NCBI GenBank assembly: GCA_010909165.1
Contig: VJWM01000340.1
Span: 1-51,002 of the forward strand
Direction of reading: 5' to 3'
DNA: 51,002 nucleotides
Origin: Anthoceros angustus
Lineage: Eukaryota > Plantae > Anthocerotophyta
Shown: piece after piece, positions 37,191-49,491 of the stretch
How the letters are laid out: the number at the start of each line of letters is the position of its first letter
How positions within the stretch are numbered: the first letter of the stretch is position 1
The notes under the pieces: generated by a model
Database searches by the model: none
What the model was told of the DNA's origin: nothing
The model's input: only the letters and a program-made list of their open reading frames with translations
Made by a program: the position numbers and the translations under genes

Positions 37191-38354
37191 AGCACCGGCA
37201 GCTGAATTCACCGATCCCATCAGCCTTACCGTGTTCAGCAGGAAAAGCAATATGGCGGGAAACAATAGGAAATTGAAATAGAGCTGTTTGTGGATAAGGT
37301 AAAATCCATCTCGGAAAAACTGGAAAGGAAACAACCCGCAAAACCAGGAGATAATAGACGGTCATAAACCTGCTTTTGACAGACCAGGCTTTCAACCCAT
37401 GCAATAAAATTCCTGTAATGAACAAAAACGCCGGGCGCCAACCGTCCCGAAATTAATCACGAGCGTACTCCACACGCTATCACCGAGTGGATTCTGATAA
37501 TCGACCATGGACTGTGTACTGACGATATAGGGTTTAAAACTGAATACAGTGTTTGGAATCATATTCAGGAATGAGGTCAGGAAGTTGGCCGGAAAAGCAA
37601 TCACGACACCTCATTGTTGGCCAGGTAGGATGCCGTATGCTGAACCAGGTAAAGCAGGGCTCTGCGGCGATGGGTAGCCCACTTTCTCCAGGCTGAAACC
37701 CTCTCCCAATCTCGACAAGCCAAGAAAGCCGCTAGCCGCACCCGCCAGCAGTGGGAGGAGCAATTTCTCCAGGTCCATCTATTGGGCGACAACGATGTTT
37801 TATACAACAGCCACGCCACAAGGGTCTGAAAAACATACAGCCTTCCGCCATCGACAACAGCAATATGGCTGTACCAATGGTAGCGAGAATGATGGTTGTC
37901 GATTTTTCTGCACCGACACCAATTGATACAACAGGAAAAAATTGCAGATCATCAATAAGGTCGACAGCTTGCCTCTTGCGCCGATATCATAGCTCGCATA
38001 CCCTGCAAACAATGAGGCGCGGGCCTGGAACGCAAAGGCCGCCAGCACAAACAGCAGAAATACACCGATCCAGCGCGATTGCAAAGATAGAAAATCGGCG
38101 GAAACCGATTTGCCACTACCGGCTTTCGCCAAAGCAGGGCAAAACAATAATGACCGCCATAAAATGATAGCAACCAGCGGCACAGGTAAACCAGTAAAGG
38201 TTCAGTTTGCCGGCAGGTACCAATTGAAAGATGTCGCGGAAAAGTGCGATGCCGGAAGCCCGGTAAATACTTCAGTAGACCCACCCAATACGGTGTAATC
38301 AGGTAAAACATAAACCCGAAAAAACATGTGGTGATCTATGCGGTAGGTATTCAT
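37170..38354 (-). CDS. Multi-TM oligosaccharide repeat-unit polymerase-like protein (Wzy-like)
   Basis: About 10 hydrophobic segments; MNTYRIDH.MFFGFMFYLITPY, and ...LTSFLNMIPN.VF.FKP...NPLGDSVWSTLVINFG. Polysaccharide locus context. Confidence 0.6.
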
Positions 38355-38429
38355 CTCGGAAACGCAAGCTAAGCCTTTCTGACACCGGGGTCATTATTAA
38401 TAATTGAATAATATTAAATTAACACCAGC

Positions 38430-40853
38430 ATGTTTAAAACTGACTTTTGCCTTCCCAACTCAGGACCATGTCTTTCATTATTTTCCGCCTCTTTTGTTGA
38501 CCGGACTGCTGGCTTTTTTGTTTCTGCCGACGGACAAACAAGTCCGCAACTGAGTAACCTCAAAGCCGATGAACTGACTGAATACCAGGTCAAACAATTT
38601 GGACAGGAGATCAGAAGAAGACGCATCAAGGCGGAAGACCTCGATATTTATGCTTTACAGAAAGGCATCAGCGGAAGAATGGAACAAACTTAAAATACGA
38701 CTGAGCCGCGCTGGTTTCGCCCCGGAAAGAAGGGTTGCCGATGTAACCGGTGACCGCACGGTTGTCGACAGCGGAGCGGTCAACAAACCAAAAGCCTTTC
38801 GGAAGCAAGCGTTTTCAATTCACTGGTGTTGGAAAACTGGCCAGTCGATTTTCGACAATGCCATGGTCAATTTCAACACCCTGCCCATTGCCAACGCCGG
38901 ATTACCAGCTGGCGGCGGGCGACCAGCTGGTAATCGACGTTTCCGGAAACTCAAGCACAGTACAAACTGACGGTGAGTACCGAGGTTTGATCCGAATTCC
39001 CGTTGCCGGTCCTGTATCGGTAACCGGTCTTACCATGGAAGCCAAAAAATCAGACAGAAACTCAGTTCCACCATTTACCAATCGGCCCGCAGCGGAAAAA
39101 CCGCCATCGATGTAAGTCTCGGCCAGATAAGGTCGATCAAGGTACTGGTGATCGGCGAAGCCGTGTCGCCCGGAACGTATACGCTTCCGTCGCTCGCCAC
39201 GCTGATGCAGGCCTTGTATGTGAGCGGTGGACCAAACATCAATGGATCTTACCGGAACATCCAGCTGCGGAAAACAAACTGGTATCAACACTTGACATCT
39301 ACACCTTTCTGCAGAAAGGAACCAAAAATGAAGACATCAGGCTGGAAGAAGGTGACCTCATCAAGATCAATACCTATTCAAAAGAATCAGTTTGGTGGGC
39401 GGTGAAGCACCCTGGAAAATTCGACCTGCTCGACAATGAAACCTTTGATCAGGCATTGGCCTTTGCCGGCGGTTTTACCGAAACTGCATTCACGGAATAT
39501 CAATGTGATCGAAACAGACGGCCAGCAGAAAAGATCGCCACTTACGACCTGCGTACACTCACAAAACACGCTGCCAAGTTCAGGAAGTTTCTATTTGGTG
39601 GCAGCATCCTCAATGATATTCCAACCGCGTCACCATCGAGGGCGCGGTTTTGAGACCAACGAATACGAACTCCGTGAAAACATGAGACTGTTCGACCTAA
39701 TCGCCGCTGCTTCCGGGTTGCGGAAGACGCTTACCTCGATAGAGGCATAGTACACCGGCTGGAAGACGACCTCACACCGGCTGTGATCGCCTTCAGCATG
39801 AATACCGCCAGCACGGTGGGTCAGGGTACCGACTTGTTGCTGAAAAGAAGACCGGGTTACTGTCTATGGTAAATTCAGTTTGAAGAAAGTTATACCGTCA
39901 ACATTTCGGGTGATGTACTGGCACCTGGCACTTTCCTTATGAAAAAACATGCACAGGACCTACTGCTGGGAGGCGGTCTTCGCGAATCAGGCAGCCTGCG
40001 ACGGATTGAAATATCCGGAGATTAAATGACAGCATCGCCTCCGACCCCGACCTGCAGAAATCCAGTGCAGTTTTCCAGCAACCTCAATGATTCGGATGCC
40101 CAGCATTTTATCCTGGAACCATTTGATCAGGTATCGATACGTACCATACCCGGCTACAGCGTGCAAAAAACGCCGTGATCGAGGAAATCCTGTATGCGGG
40201 CAAGTACAGCCTGCTGACCAAAAAGACCGCATTTCGGACCTGATTGAAAGGAGCGGTGGAATCACCAAGAATGCCTATGTAGCAGGTGCTGTGCTGGTAA
40301 GAACACGCAATCTCACGCCTACTGAAATCAAGAACATGCAGATAGGTACGAGAAACCTCATCAAGGAAAAACCTCACGGCGGCAGTCCGGCCTATGCCGA
40401 ACTGCAATACAACGACATGGTGCAGACAAAATCGGATTTCATCAATATCAACCTGGAAAAATAATGGCTTCGCCAAAATCGGCCATGGACCTGTACCTGG
40501 AAGACGGTGATACGGTGCGTATCCCGCGACAACTACAGACGGTGCGGGTGAACGGCGAAGCTATCCGACCCTAGTGCGTTTCGACAAAGGCATGTCTTTC
40601 AAAAATACATTTACCGAGCAGGCGGTTTCAGTGATCGTGCGGCGCGGAAAGGGCCTACGTGGTGCATCCGAATGGATCTGCCGAGGGCACAAGACATTTC
40701 CTTTTCGCCAAACGCTGCCCCAAGTGAATCCGGGATCAGAAATATATATATCCCGCTTCGCCGGAAAGAGAAAGATTACGGACAGGTGAAGTAATCACCA
40801 TCGGTGCCACGCTGGTGTCGATGATGGCCATTGTATTCAGCATCCTACGATAA
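38430..40853 (+). CDS. SLBB-domain polysaccharide export protein (Wza/KpsD-like, Bacteroidota type)
   Basis: PDYQLAAGDQLVIDV, GQIRSIKVLVIGEAVSPGTYTLPSLATLMQALYVSGGPNINGSYRNIQL, RISDLIERSGG, LYLEDGDTVRIP, VNPGSEIYI. Confidence 0.9.
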
Positions 40854-40861
40854 CACATCCC

Positions 40862-41911
40862 ATGACTTCTTCGGCAGAACAACAACTGTTCCGTGTTCAG
40901 CAATTACAGACCAATCTGCGTGGGTCTCCGGGAATTGCGTAAGGGCACGAAGGGATCGTGCGGCGGGTGTACTGGCCGCTGTGATTGCCATTGTGGTGGT
41001 GATCTTTACCGAACCGGTTTATACCGCCACTATCAGCTTTGTGGTGGATGAAGAAAATCAGCGTTCCGCAAAAGCGAATTCTCCATGGTCAGCGAACAGC
41101 TCGGGCTTTCTCCGGTCAGCGGCGGCTATTTTTTCCAGTGCGGGTAATATCCTCGAATTGATAAACCCCGGTTGATACTGGAAAAACCTTGCGCCGGGAA
41201 GTGAGGTCGGGCCAGCGGGATTTGCTGCTGGCGGAGTATTTCCTGGATTCACTCGACTACGCAAAAAATTCAACAAGGAAATCCGCCCTTCGTTTTAGCC
41301 GGAAAGCAACAGCCGACAGCCTTTCTCTGGTGAACGAAAACGGCATGATGACCAATATCATCCTGGCCATACAAAATAAGCACTTGGTAGTGCAGCCGCT
41401 GAAGCAATCGAATCTCATCAAAGTGAATTGCCGTTCAGAACGCGAATTTTCTCGAAACAGTTCCTTGAGGCACTTCTGGATGAAGTGTCCACTTAACGTC
41501 CATCAAAACGGAACGCGCCAAGAAAAACCTGGCAATCCTGCAAAAGAGCAGACTCGGTTCGTATAGCCTACCAGGCATTGTCGAACACCAGGGCCAGTTT
41601 TTCTGATGCCGATCTGAACCTGGTGCGCCAGGTTGCAGCGCCGGGCGAGAAAAACAGACCGATGTACAGATCATCCGTTCAGCCTATATCGAATTATCCG
41701 GAAATCTGGAAAATGCCAAAACCGTACTAATGAATACGACACCGATATTCCAGGTGCTGGACCGGCCGGTTTACCGCTCAAGCGCTACAAGCCCGACCTA
41801 ATAAAGCAGGGCGGACTCTTTTTCGTACTGGGATCACTGGTTGCGTTACTGTTTTACCGCGCAGCTCTTGTACCGTTTCCTGCTCAAACATTATTGATTC
41901 TTCATTTTTGA
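40862..41911 (+). CDS. Chain-length determinant / co-polymerase (Wzz-like)
   Basis: N-terminal TM (AGVLAAVIAIVVVIF.EPVYTATISFVVDE), a coiled periplasmic region and a C-terminal TM (GGLFFVLGSLVALLF). Confidence 0.75.
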
Positions 41912-42975
41912 AGATCGCCCTGAATTGTCCATACAGCCACGACGCAGTGATGTCGATGTCTCGGTTTTGATACGCGGTATCCATTCTGGCAGGATAAATG
42001 TGGTTGCCGAATACCGAACCATGACTTCTGCTGTAAAATCAAATGGCGGATCAACCACGATATCAGCATCATCGAGCAATACCAGGCCGTTGGTGATCGA
42101 CAGCTCATTTAAACGTTGCGCGATGGCGCTGGCACCGCAAAAGGTGTTCGGCGGAAAGTGGAATCCATTGCTGCGCAATCTGGCGAAAAAACTGTCTTTC
42201 CGGCTCATCAGCTGGAATACTTTGGGACCGCCGGCATTAAAACAGACAAGCTTGTAACGCCGCCGTGGGAGAAACCGCAGCGATGGGCGGCCGTGCCGAA
42301 AAGACTGCCCGGCCATTGTCGATATCACCGAGAAAGGAAAATTGAAGTCTTCGGTCAGCCGATTTTGCGACAGGTAACCCGCATTTAGCGCGATGATGGC
42401 TCCGGAAGAAATTCCGCCGACGAAAATCAGGTCTTTGTCGATGCCGGTACTGTCGGCACCTTCCAGGCATTGGCGATGGCAAAAACGAATATCCTGCACC
42501 GCACGATAGATGGCCCTGTTCACGGCACGACCACCCGGCTGGTTATAGAAGACAGTATCCAGCAGGCGCGGGTCTATGCGATAATCAATGGCCGCCACTT
42601 TGTAGCCATATCGGGCGAAGCGGATGGCTTCATGCTGCATGGTAGTTTTGGTATTCCGATATCCGGCAAATCCACCGCCATGCAGGAGAATAACAAGTGG
42701 CGATTTCAGATTTCTACCAAATTCAAGCGGTTCATAGAAATCGAAAACAGCGGCGTACGCAGAGAATCAAGGAAATAGTAATCGGCAAACGTACGGTAAG
42801 GAATGTTCAGCGTCGTCTTGATTTCATCAATATCAGATACTACTTTCAAAGCGACCCTCGCGCCATGCTTGTTCGCTTCCATAACCCAATTTTCTCCGGA
42901 GACGTCGATGTTTTATGACGGCCCACTGTAAAGCTGCCACCGCAAAACACAAAACCATCGGGTTCGCGATTTCAT
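41891..42975 (-). CDS. Secreted alpha/beta-hydrolase (carboxylesterase-like)
   Basis: LVILLHGGGF, FARYGYKVAAIDYR, RAVQD, nucleophile elbow VGGISSGAIIAL, FCGASAIAQRL. Confidence 0.85.
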
Positions 42976-43073
42976 GCACTAAAACTAGTCGTATTTGTAG
43001 CCGCCTCTGCCGCTTAATAGAAAGATAATGTCAGACTCCCGGAACACAACAGTACAGGACTATATTTAGTCAC

Positions 43074-43859
43074 ATGATAACCTCTCTTTACCTTGTTGTC
43101 ACTGGTTGCCGGCGAACCGGAACCACTCAACGTACCAAAACTACAAGCTGGTTTGGCAGGATGAATTCAACGGCCAGCAACTGAATGTTCGTTTATGGAA
43201 TCACCGCGGATTGGGCAAACGAGACGATGCCATGATGAGCGAAGACGCTGTTGCTCTCGACGGTAAAGGCAATTTGATCATAGAAGCGAAAGAGAAGGAT
43301 GGGTTGGTTTATTCAGGAATGATATCGACCGAAAATACGAAATTGTTCAGGTATGGCTATTTCGAGTGTCGGGTAAAATTTGCGCAGGCTGGAACCAGCT
43401 CCGCATTCTGGCTGCAATCGACCCATGTGGGCAGGCTAACGGGCGATGTAGCGAGCAATGGTGCGGAGATCGATGTGTTGAATATTTCCCGCACCAAAGC
43501 AAAACACAGGTAATGCATACGTTGCACTATGGCGGATATACGCCGGAGCAGCACAAGATCATTGGTCCTGTTGCCGGCAATTTGAAGGGCAAGTCCGAAG
43601 ATTTCATGTTATTGGTCTGGAATGGACATCGATGGGATATGCAGTTTTCGTTGATGGTGTTAAAACCACCACCCTGAACGACCAGGTGTCGCAGGTCGGC
43701 GAGTTTCTGATATTGAGTCTGGAGGTAAATCCTGCTTCAGCTGGACCGCTGCAGAGAGCGCAACTGCCTGCACAATTTGTAGTGGACTATGTACGGTGTA
43801 CCAAAGCAATAAAGCCCTGCTTGCGCAGGGCTAAAATGCTGTGTCAACAATCGTCTTAA
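43074..43859 (+). CDS. Glycoside hydrolase family 16
   Basis: YKLVWQDEFNG, YSGMIST..TKLFRYGYFECRVK, SAFWL, catalytic EIDV(L)EY, FLILSLEV, FVVDYVR. Confidence 0.9.
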
Positions 43860-43877
43860 GCAGCTTTTGCTAAAACC

Positions 43878-44633
43878 TGTAGATTCTTGATGTTGACCCA
43901 GGGTTCCTGCATGTTGACCCACCTGGTGTTACGGCAATAAGAGTAAGAGCTTAGGTATGGTTATAAAAGTAAAGCTATTTTGCTGTGTTTGGTTTTCTTC
44001 TCAGGGATTCTCCTTTCAATTCGATTCTGATGGCATTTGCTGTCAATCTGTCCATAATGGCGTCGGCCAAGTGGGTTCGTTAATGTAGTCATACCATTTG
44101 TTTACGGGCAATTGTGAAGTGATGATGATGCTTTTCTTGCCGTAGCGGTCTTCCAGGAGTTGGAGTAGGGTAAGCCGTATTTCCTGTGTCAGGGATTGGA
44201 GGCCAAAATCATCCAGGATGATCAGTGTCTGCCGCTCCAGGTGGTTCAGCAGTTTGATGTAAGAACCATCCAGCTTCGACAAGGTTACCTTTTCGATGAG
44301 CCGGTTCATGTTCAGGTAGGCTGTTTATGGCCCAGCAAAACAGGATTGGTGGCCCAGCGCACAAGCCAGGTAGCTTTTACCGCAGCCGGTGGCGCCAGTG
44401 ATCAGGATGTTTTCTCCCTGCTGCAGGTAGCGGCTTTCTGCCAGTGAAGCCAGCTGCTGTTTGGTGAGGTTGCGCGCGCTGCATTCTGATCTGTTCTACG
44501 GTAGCCGGCAGCCGCAGTTTGGCCAGCTTCAGGTATAGGCTGTTTTTCGTTGGTCCGGTTAAGGTCTTCGGATTGTAACAAGTGGGCAACGAGGTCATGT
44601 CCTCTCAATTGCTGATCCATAGGGAGTTCCAGT
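43878..44633 (-). mobile_element. istB: IS21-family element A: right end plus 5'-truncated istB
   Basis: istB at 43975-44633 (NILITGATGCGKSYLACALG, LIILDDFGL, IIITSQLPV..W, ADAIMDRL). Terminal TG at 43878 with ATGTTGACCCA repeats at 43890 and 43911. Confidence 0.88.
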
Positions 44634-44769
44634 TGGATATTTCACTCCATAGTTTACCACTTATTTCAGTGGATAGTTTACCAGCGTTTCAGTCCAAAGT
44701 TTACCAGTTTTGAGGTGGGAGGCTGATTTAATTCAGTCCAAAGTTTACCACTTTTATGGTTTTCGGAAC
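44634..44769 (-). repeat. Right-end repeat array of a second IS21-family element B
   Basis: Starts TGGATATT at 44634; AGTTTACCA copies at 44651, 44675, 44698 and 44742. Confidence 0.65.
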
Positions 44770-45344
44770 TGACAATACGGCGCAAAGTTTACCACTTTAG
44801 CAACAGAGTTGTTGTTGACCATTTTCATGGCCTTGCTTTGTCGCAAAAAGCATGTCCAATAAAGTGACTCCGATGCAACAGCTTCGATTATTGATTCAAT
44901 TACTGGAAAAGGGCTATTCACGCGCCATTGCTGTCGAACTTAACCTCTCCCGTCAACCCGTTACCGAATATGCCAAACGACTCAAGGACTCGGGTTTATC
45001 CTTGGAGCAGCTGCGGCAACTGCCAGACGCCGAACTCTCCGGTATCGTGTATCAGCCTGCTGTGCTGCCGGATTTTACAGACAATACCCGCAGGATGGAG
45101 TTCAACGCCCGGCTGGCCTACTTTCAATCCGAACTCAAACGAACCGGAGTAACCAGACTTTTACTCTGGCAGGAATACAAAGCAGAATGCCCCTATCACT
45201 ACCAATACACCCAGTTTTGTATTCTGCTGAAAAGGCGGTAAAGCCACCCAGGCAACCATGCACCTGGTCCATGACCCGGCTGCGATGGTGATGGTGGATT
45301 TTGCCGGAGATAAAATACGGTATGTTGACAAGGATACCGGAGAG
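44770..45344 (+). mobile_element. istA: IS21-family element B: left end plus 3'-truncated istA
   Basis: TGACAATACGGCGCAAAGTTTACCAC at 44770. istA starts at 44852 (MSNKVTPMQQLR...ELKRTGVTRLLLWQEY...YQYTQFC, ATMHLVHDP...VDFAGD) and is cut at 45344 by IS3. Confidence 0.85.
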
Positions 45345-46788
45345 TGTCTCGTCCTGAAAAACCTTACACAGTTTAAGAATTAATCCTGAAAGAAGTTTAC
45401 ATGTTTTCATTTGTCCTTCTTGCACTTTACAGTCCTCTCAAATTATGATAAAACCTCCGAATGGTTTAGGTCTACCAGGTAACTTCTTCCTCTCGGTTTC
45501 CAGCGCTTAGGAATCTGTCCGGCAAGATCATGTGCCACCATTGGTGTTTTGTTGTCAAGGCTATTATGTGGTCGCCTGCTATTGTATATCATGACGGCCT
45601 TGTCTCTATGGCCTGTGCCTCTTTGTGGTTTTGATACATACGTCTTGGATGGAATTCCGTTTTATAATCCCGTTCATGCGTTCTGCCAGCGCGTTGTCGT
45701 ACGGGTTTCCGGTTTGCTTCATGCTGATATCGATATCGGCGGATCGCAACATACTTACGTAAGCTGCCGAACAGTACTGAACGCCACGATCTGAATGATG
45801 AATTAATTTTCTGTCGGGATAAGACCTTGTTTCAATGCCATTTGAAGTGCAGCAGGCACCGGTGCTTTCAGATTTGGGTGCAGACAGTGTCCTACAATTT
45901 TGCGAGAATAGGCATCTGTTATCAGAGATAAATAGCTATACCCTTCAAGCGTTCTGACATAGGTAATATCCGAAACCCAAATATTTTCGGAAGTATCAAC
46001 CGGCAAATTCGCAATGAGGTTGGGGGTATTTCTTCAACCAATGGCAGGAATCGGTGGTACGTATGCTGCGCCTGCGTCTGCGGACAAGGAGCCCGTGAAA
46101 ACGCAGCAAGTCGAATAGCTGATCACGCCCCATCTTTATGCCTTGTGCGGAGAGCTGATTGCTCATTAACAACAACAGTTTACGAGTGCCTATTCCGGGA
46201 TGATCTTTTCTGAGTTCGTATACAATCCTCAAAACAATAGAATGGGCGATACTAGTTTTTCTTCCCGTTCCTGCGCCTCATAAAGGCCTGCCGGGTAACA
46301 CCAAACAGTGCACAAAGCTTTCCCAAACCAATTGAAGGGTGGCTTTGCCTTATTTTTGACTGTTTGGTACCAGACTTTTTGAGATCTTAATTTTAAGGTC
46401 ATCCTCAGCTACTTTGATCATTGTCTCCAAACCCAGGATTTTCAGTCTGGCGTATTCAATGCCTTGCTCAGCCGCTTAACTTCGTTTTGCTCATCACTGT
46501 TTATAAAAGTCCCTTTACTCATAGTCAATAATACCACCTTTTCTGGCACCTGGCGCTATATTCACTGAAAGGCGAGTCATCCATGATTTTAACGTGTTGC
46601 GGCATAACCCATATTTTAGACACGCCGACCGTATCCTGATTGCGCCGGATTGGATCTCCTGCACAATCGATCGCATTTCGTCCTCGGTCCTGCGTACGTA
46701 AGGGCTGCTGCTGAGCGAATCCTTTTCCGTTTAGCTTTTCAATGTCATCTGAAATTGATTGGGTGTCAAGCTATTTCAGGATGTGACA
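45345..46788 (-). mobile_element. IS3-family element (orfA/orfB), full length, no matching TSD
   Basis: TIRs TGTCTCGTCCTGAAAAACCTTACAC (45345) and rc TGTCACATCCTGAAATAGCTTGACAC (46788). orfB motifs GTRKL, WVSDITYV, LSLITDAYSRKIVG, IHSDRGVQY, NALAERMNGIIK. Confidence 0.92.
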
Positions 46789-47152
46789 CTATGCCTTCAC
46801 GAAAATGATTTGACAAGTTAATGGCAAGCTCTGCCTTTCCGAAATACGACACTTTTCCTGTAATATTGTTTGCCGTTCAAACACAGTGTGTAAGGACGTA
46901 AATTGTTGACAAACCCAAAAGACGTTTGATCGCTTTACCAATTGTGGCTGGGTTCTTGAATTGAAATACAACTATCCTCGTTTGCAGTTGAATTCACTTC
47001 GGGACAGGAGTCGAACGAATAAATTAGTGTTTTCAAATCACCCTCGTACGAGTTGACAAGATAAAGGAAAAGGTATTCGGAGACTAAGGGACAATAATAA
47101 AAGTACCGTATTAAGGTAAGCATTCACCGAACTACGCCTATGCGTTGTCAAG

Positions 47153-48642
47153 TTAATTACTTCCCGATCTAGGTTTCCACTGATCGGGCAATAACTTCTT
47201 AGTTCACTTGTTTTGGTGGTAGGCATGCGCTCCAGGATATCGTGTATGTATTCCAATGGATTCAACTCGTGTTTTCTACAGGTTTCGAGCAGAGAATAAA
47301 ACAGTGCGAGTCGTTTACCTCCTTCATTGGATCCGGCGAATAAGTAATTCTTACGCCCCAGGGCTACGGGTCGCATGGCATTTTCGACGAGGTTGTTATC
47401 TATCTGCAATTGACTATCGGTAGTATAGTTGCTGAGTTTATCCCAGCGTTGCAAGGCATAGCCGACTGCTGTCATCAGCGGGCTTTTACCAAGTTGGTGG
47501 TGTATTGTTCCGTGAGCCATGTTTTCAGTGCAGTTAGTATCGGCACGGCTTCCTGCTCACGGATGGCCACAATTGCTCGGGACTGATTTGCTGCTCCCGA
47601 AGCCTTCGTTCGATCGCGTAGAGCTTCTGCAGTTCGGTAAGGAAGTATTGAGCCGGAACCTTATCCGTAACTAATGCCTTTTCAAAATACCGTCGGGCAT
47701 GGGCCATACAGTACAATTGTGTGATGTCGGATCTGCCACCAATGGCGGCATGATCGTACACCCGTACCCATCTGTTTGGAGATAGCCGCTAAAATGGCGT
47801 AATACATCAAGTGGTCCTTTTGCTTCGCCCGGGTTGGTAATCGTAGTACACCAACTGCAACGGCGGGCTGTGGTAGGCCCAGAGATAACCGGTTTGGGTA
47901 GCGCCTTTGGTTTCTCCGCTGAGTACCGGTAGCGGCGTCTCATCCGCCTGGATATATCCGCAAGCAATGACCTGTTTTTAATGCTTCATTCAACGGGGCT
48001 AGTAAGGTAGCAGTAGCTTCCAGCCATCCGCATATCGTACTGGCGGCCAGTTTTACACCATGACGCTGGAATCGTTTGATCTGCCGGTAAACCGGAAGAT
48101 GATCAACATGCTTATCCACAATAATCTGGGCCAGTAGTCCTGGTGCTGCCATGCCTTTTCGATGGTAAAGGCCGGTAATGGTGCAATGATAAAATCGGTG
48201 CTGGTGCCATCGGCCGCGTCTTTGGCATATTTAGGGCGTACGTACCGGCGTACCAATAATTTACCGGCACATAATCCAGTTGCTCGGTATATTCTTCATC
48301 CACCTTTCTGTAGCCGGTAGTGTCTTGCTCGGGTTCCAGATAAATAGTTACTCTTTCCAGGTGATCAGGTAGCGCTAAGCGACCGGTTGGTTGAGGATTG
48401 GTCGCTTTCTTTTAACCACCACCATCTGCTCTACGGGCAGCGGGGCCGCAGCCTGTTGTTGCATCATACCGGCCAGATCCAGTTGTGCGGGATCCAGGGC
48501 AGCGTCAGGGGATAAAGCGTTCCGACTTGCGGCCAAACAGCAGGCGTTTGAATTCATTCAGCTCAAAACGAAGCTGGGCCAGTTGGGCTGACTGCTGCCG
48601 GTTGATGCTGGTGAGCTGTTCTATTTGCTTGTCTTTGTCCAC
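47153..48642 (-). CDS. tnpC: IS66 transposase TnpC
   Basis: LLFGRKSE, GLLAQIIVDKHVDHLPVYRQ, YLQTDGY, CMAHARRYF, IDNNLVENAMRPVALGRKNYLFAGS. Confidence 0.93.
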
Positions 48643-48865
48643 GGAGATAAAGTAAGTGGACGACAAATAAAAAAGGTATGGATCGATTGACAGCAGGACG
48701 TTTTACAAGCGTACATGTGGATAACCGACCGGTCTTTTTGATTGCAAAACAGGCGCCGACAAGCGCAGCAATGCCACCACCCGGCAGATGCGCGTTTACG
48801 CACCGCAGGAGGCCTTTCCGGTGATCGGGCGAGCCGCTAAAGAAATGGACATTGTGGAAAAGTTT

Positions 48866-49211
48866 TCAGGCACTGAGCCTAAAACGTGGCCGCTGCCGGA
48901 TCGAAGTAAGCTGTATGCCGGCCAGCAGCAACCGAAGTTGAAGTGCTGTCAGGCTTACAGCCGTTTTACCAGTTGCTGAAGGCAGCTCAAAACTGCCCTT
49001 TTCCAGCCGCTTATGATACACACAAAATCCATCGGAATCCCAACGTAAGAGTTTAAGCTGATTGCGTCGCTTGTTGATAAAAATAAACACATCACCACTG
49101 AGCAGCGGTAGTCGCATCTGTTGCTTGACCAATCCCCGAGGCCGTCAAAGGATTTACGCATATCCGCTACTCCCTGGTATAAGTAGCGACGATTGTCTGG
49201 AAGGATAGCAT
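48866..49211 (-). CDS. tnpB: IS66 accessory protein TnpB
   Basis: DMRKSFDGL, GDVFIFINKRRNQLKLLRWDSDGFCVYHKRLEKGSF. Confidence 0.93.
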
Positions 49212-49245
49212 AGCTTATAAAAAGGCTGCATAAAGGATAAGACCT

Positions 49246-49491
49246 CTACATCGTATACGCTGATGACACTGCCACCAGGCATTTGAATGGTGGCAATTGC
49301 CGATCATAAGGTCTACATTGTATCGGCACAAAATCGGATGCCACAGCTTTGTTGGATTGCCGGACTCGTTTTAACCAATAATAGTAAGTTGCTTCACTGA
49401 TACCACTAGCCGCACAAAACGACTTGGCTGTTTGCTCAGGACGCTTGCTCTCCAGTAAGGCAAGCATATTCTGCTGATGAGCTGATCGCAT
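49246..49491 (-). CDS. tnpA: IS66 Orf1/TnpA HTH protein
   Basis: QTAKSFCAASGISEATYYYWLKRVR...SDFVPIQ. Confidence 0.85.
   Translation of the reverse strand: MRSAHQQNMLALLESKRPEQTAKSFCAASGISEATYYYWLKRVRQSNKAVASDFVPIQCRPYDRQLPPFKCLVAVSSAYTM

Noticed and set aside
25650-41911. Invertible-promoter or shufflon phase variation explaining the alternating gene orientation
   Set aside because: No site-specific recombinase gene is present, and I found no paired inverted repeats flanking promoter-sized segments by eye.
44634-44800. AGTTTACCA repeats as a CRISPR array or iterons
   Set aside because: Short 9-20 bp repeats with irregular spacing (24, 23, 44, 44 bp), no cas or rep gene, and TG-initiated ends next to istA/istB identify them as IS21 transposase-binding repeats.
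48650-48860. ~200-bp gap between IS66 tnpB and tnpC as a passenger gene
   Set aside because: Only short ORFs with no recognisable product or start signals.
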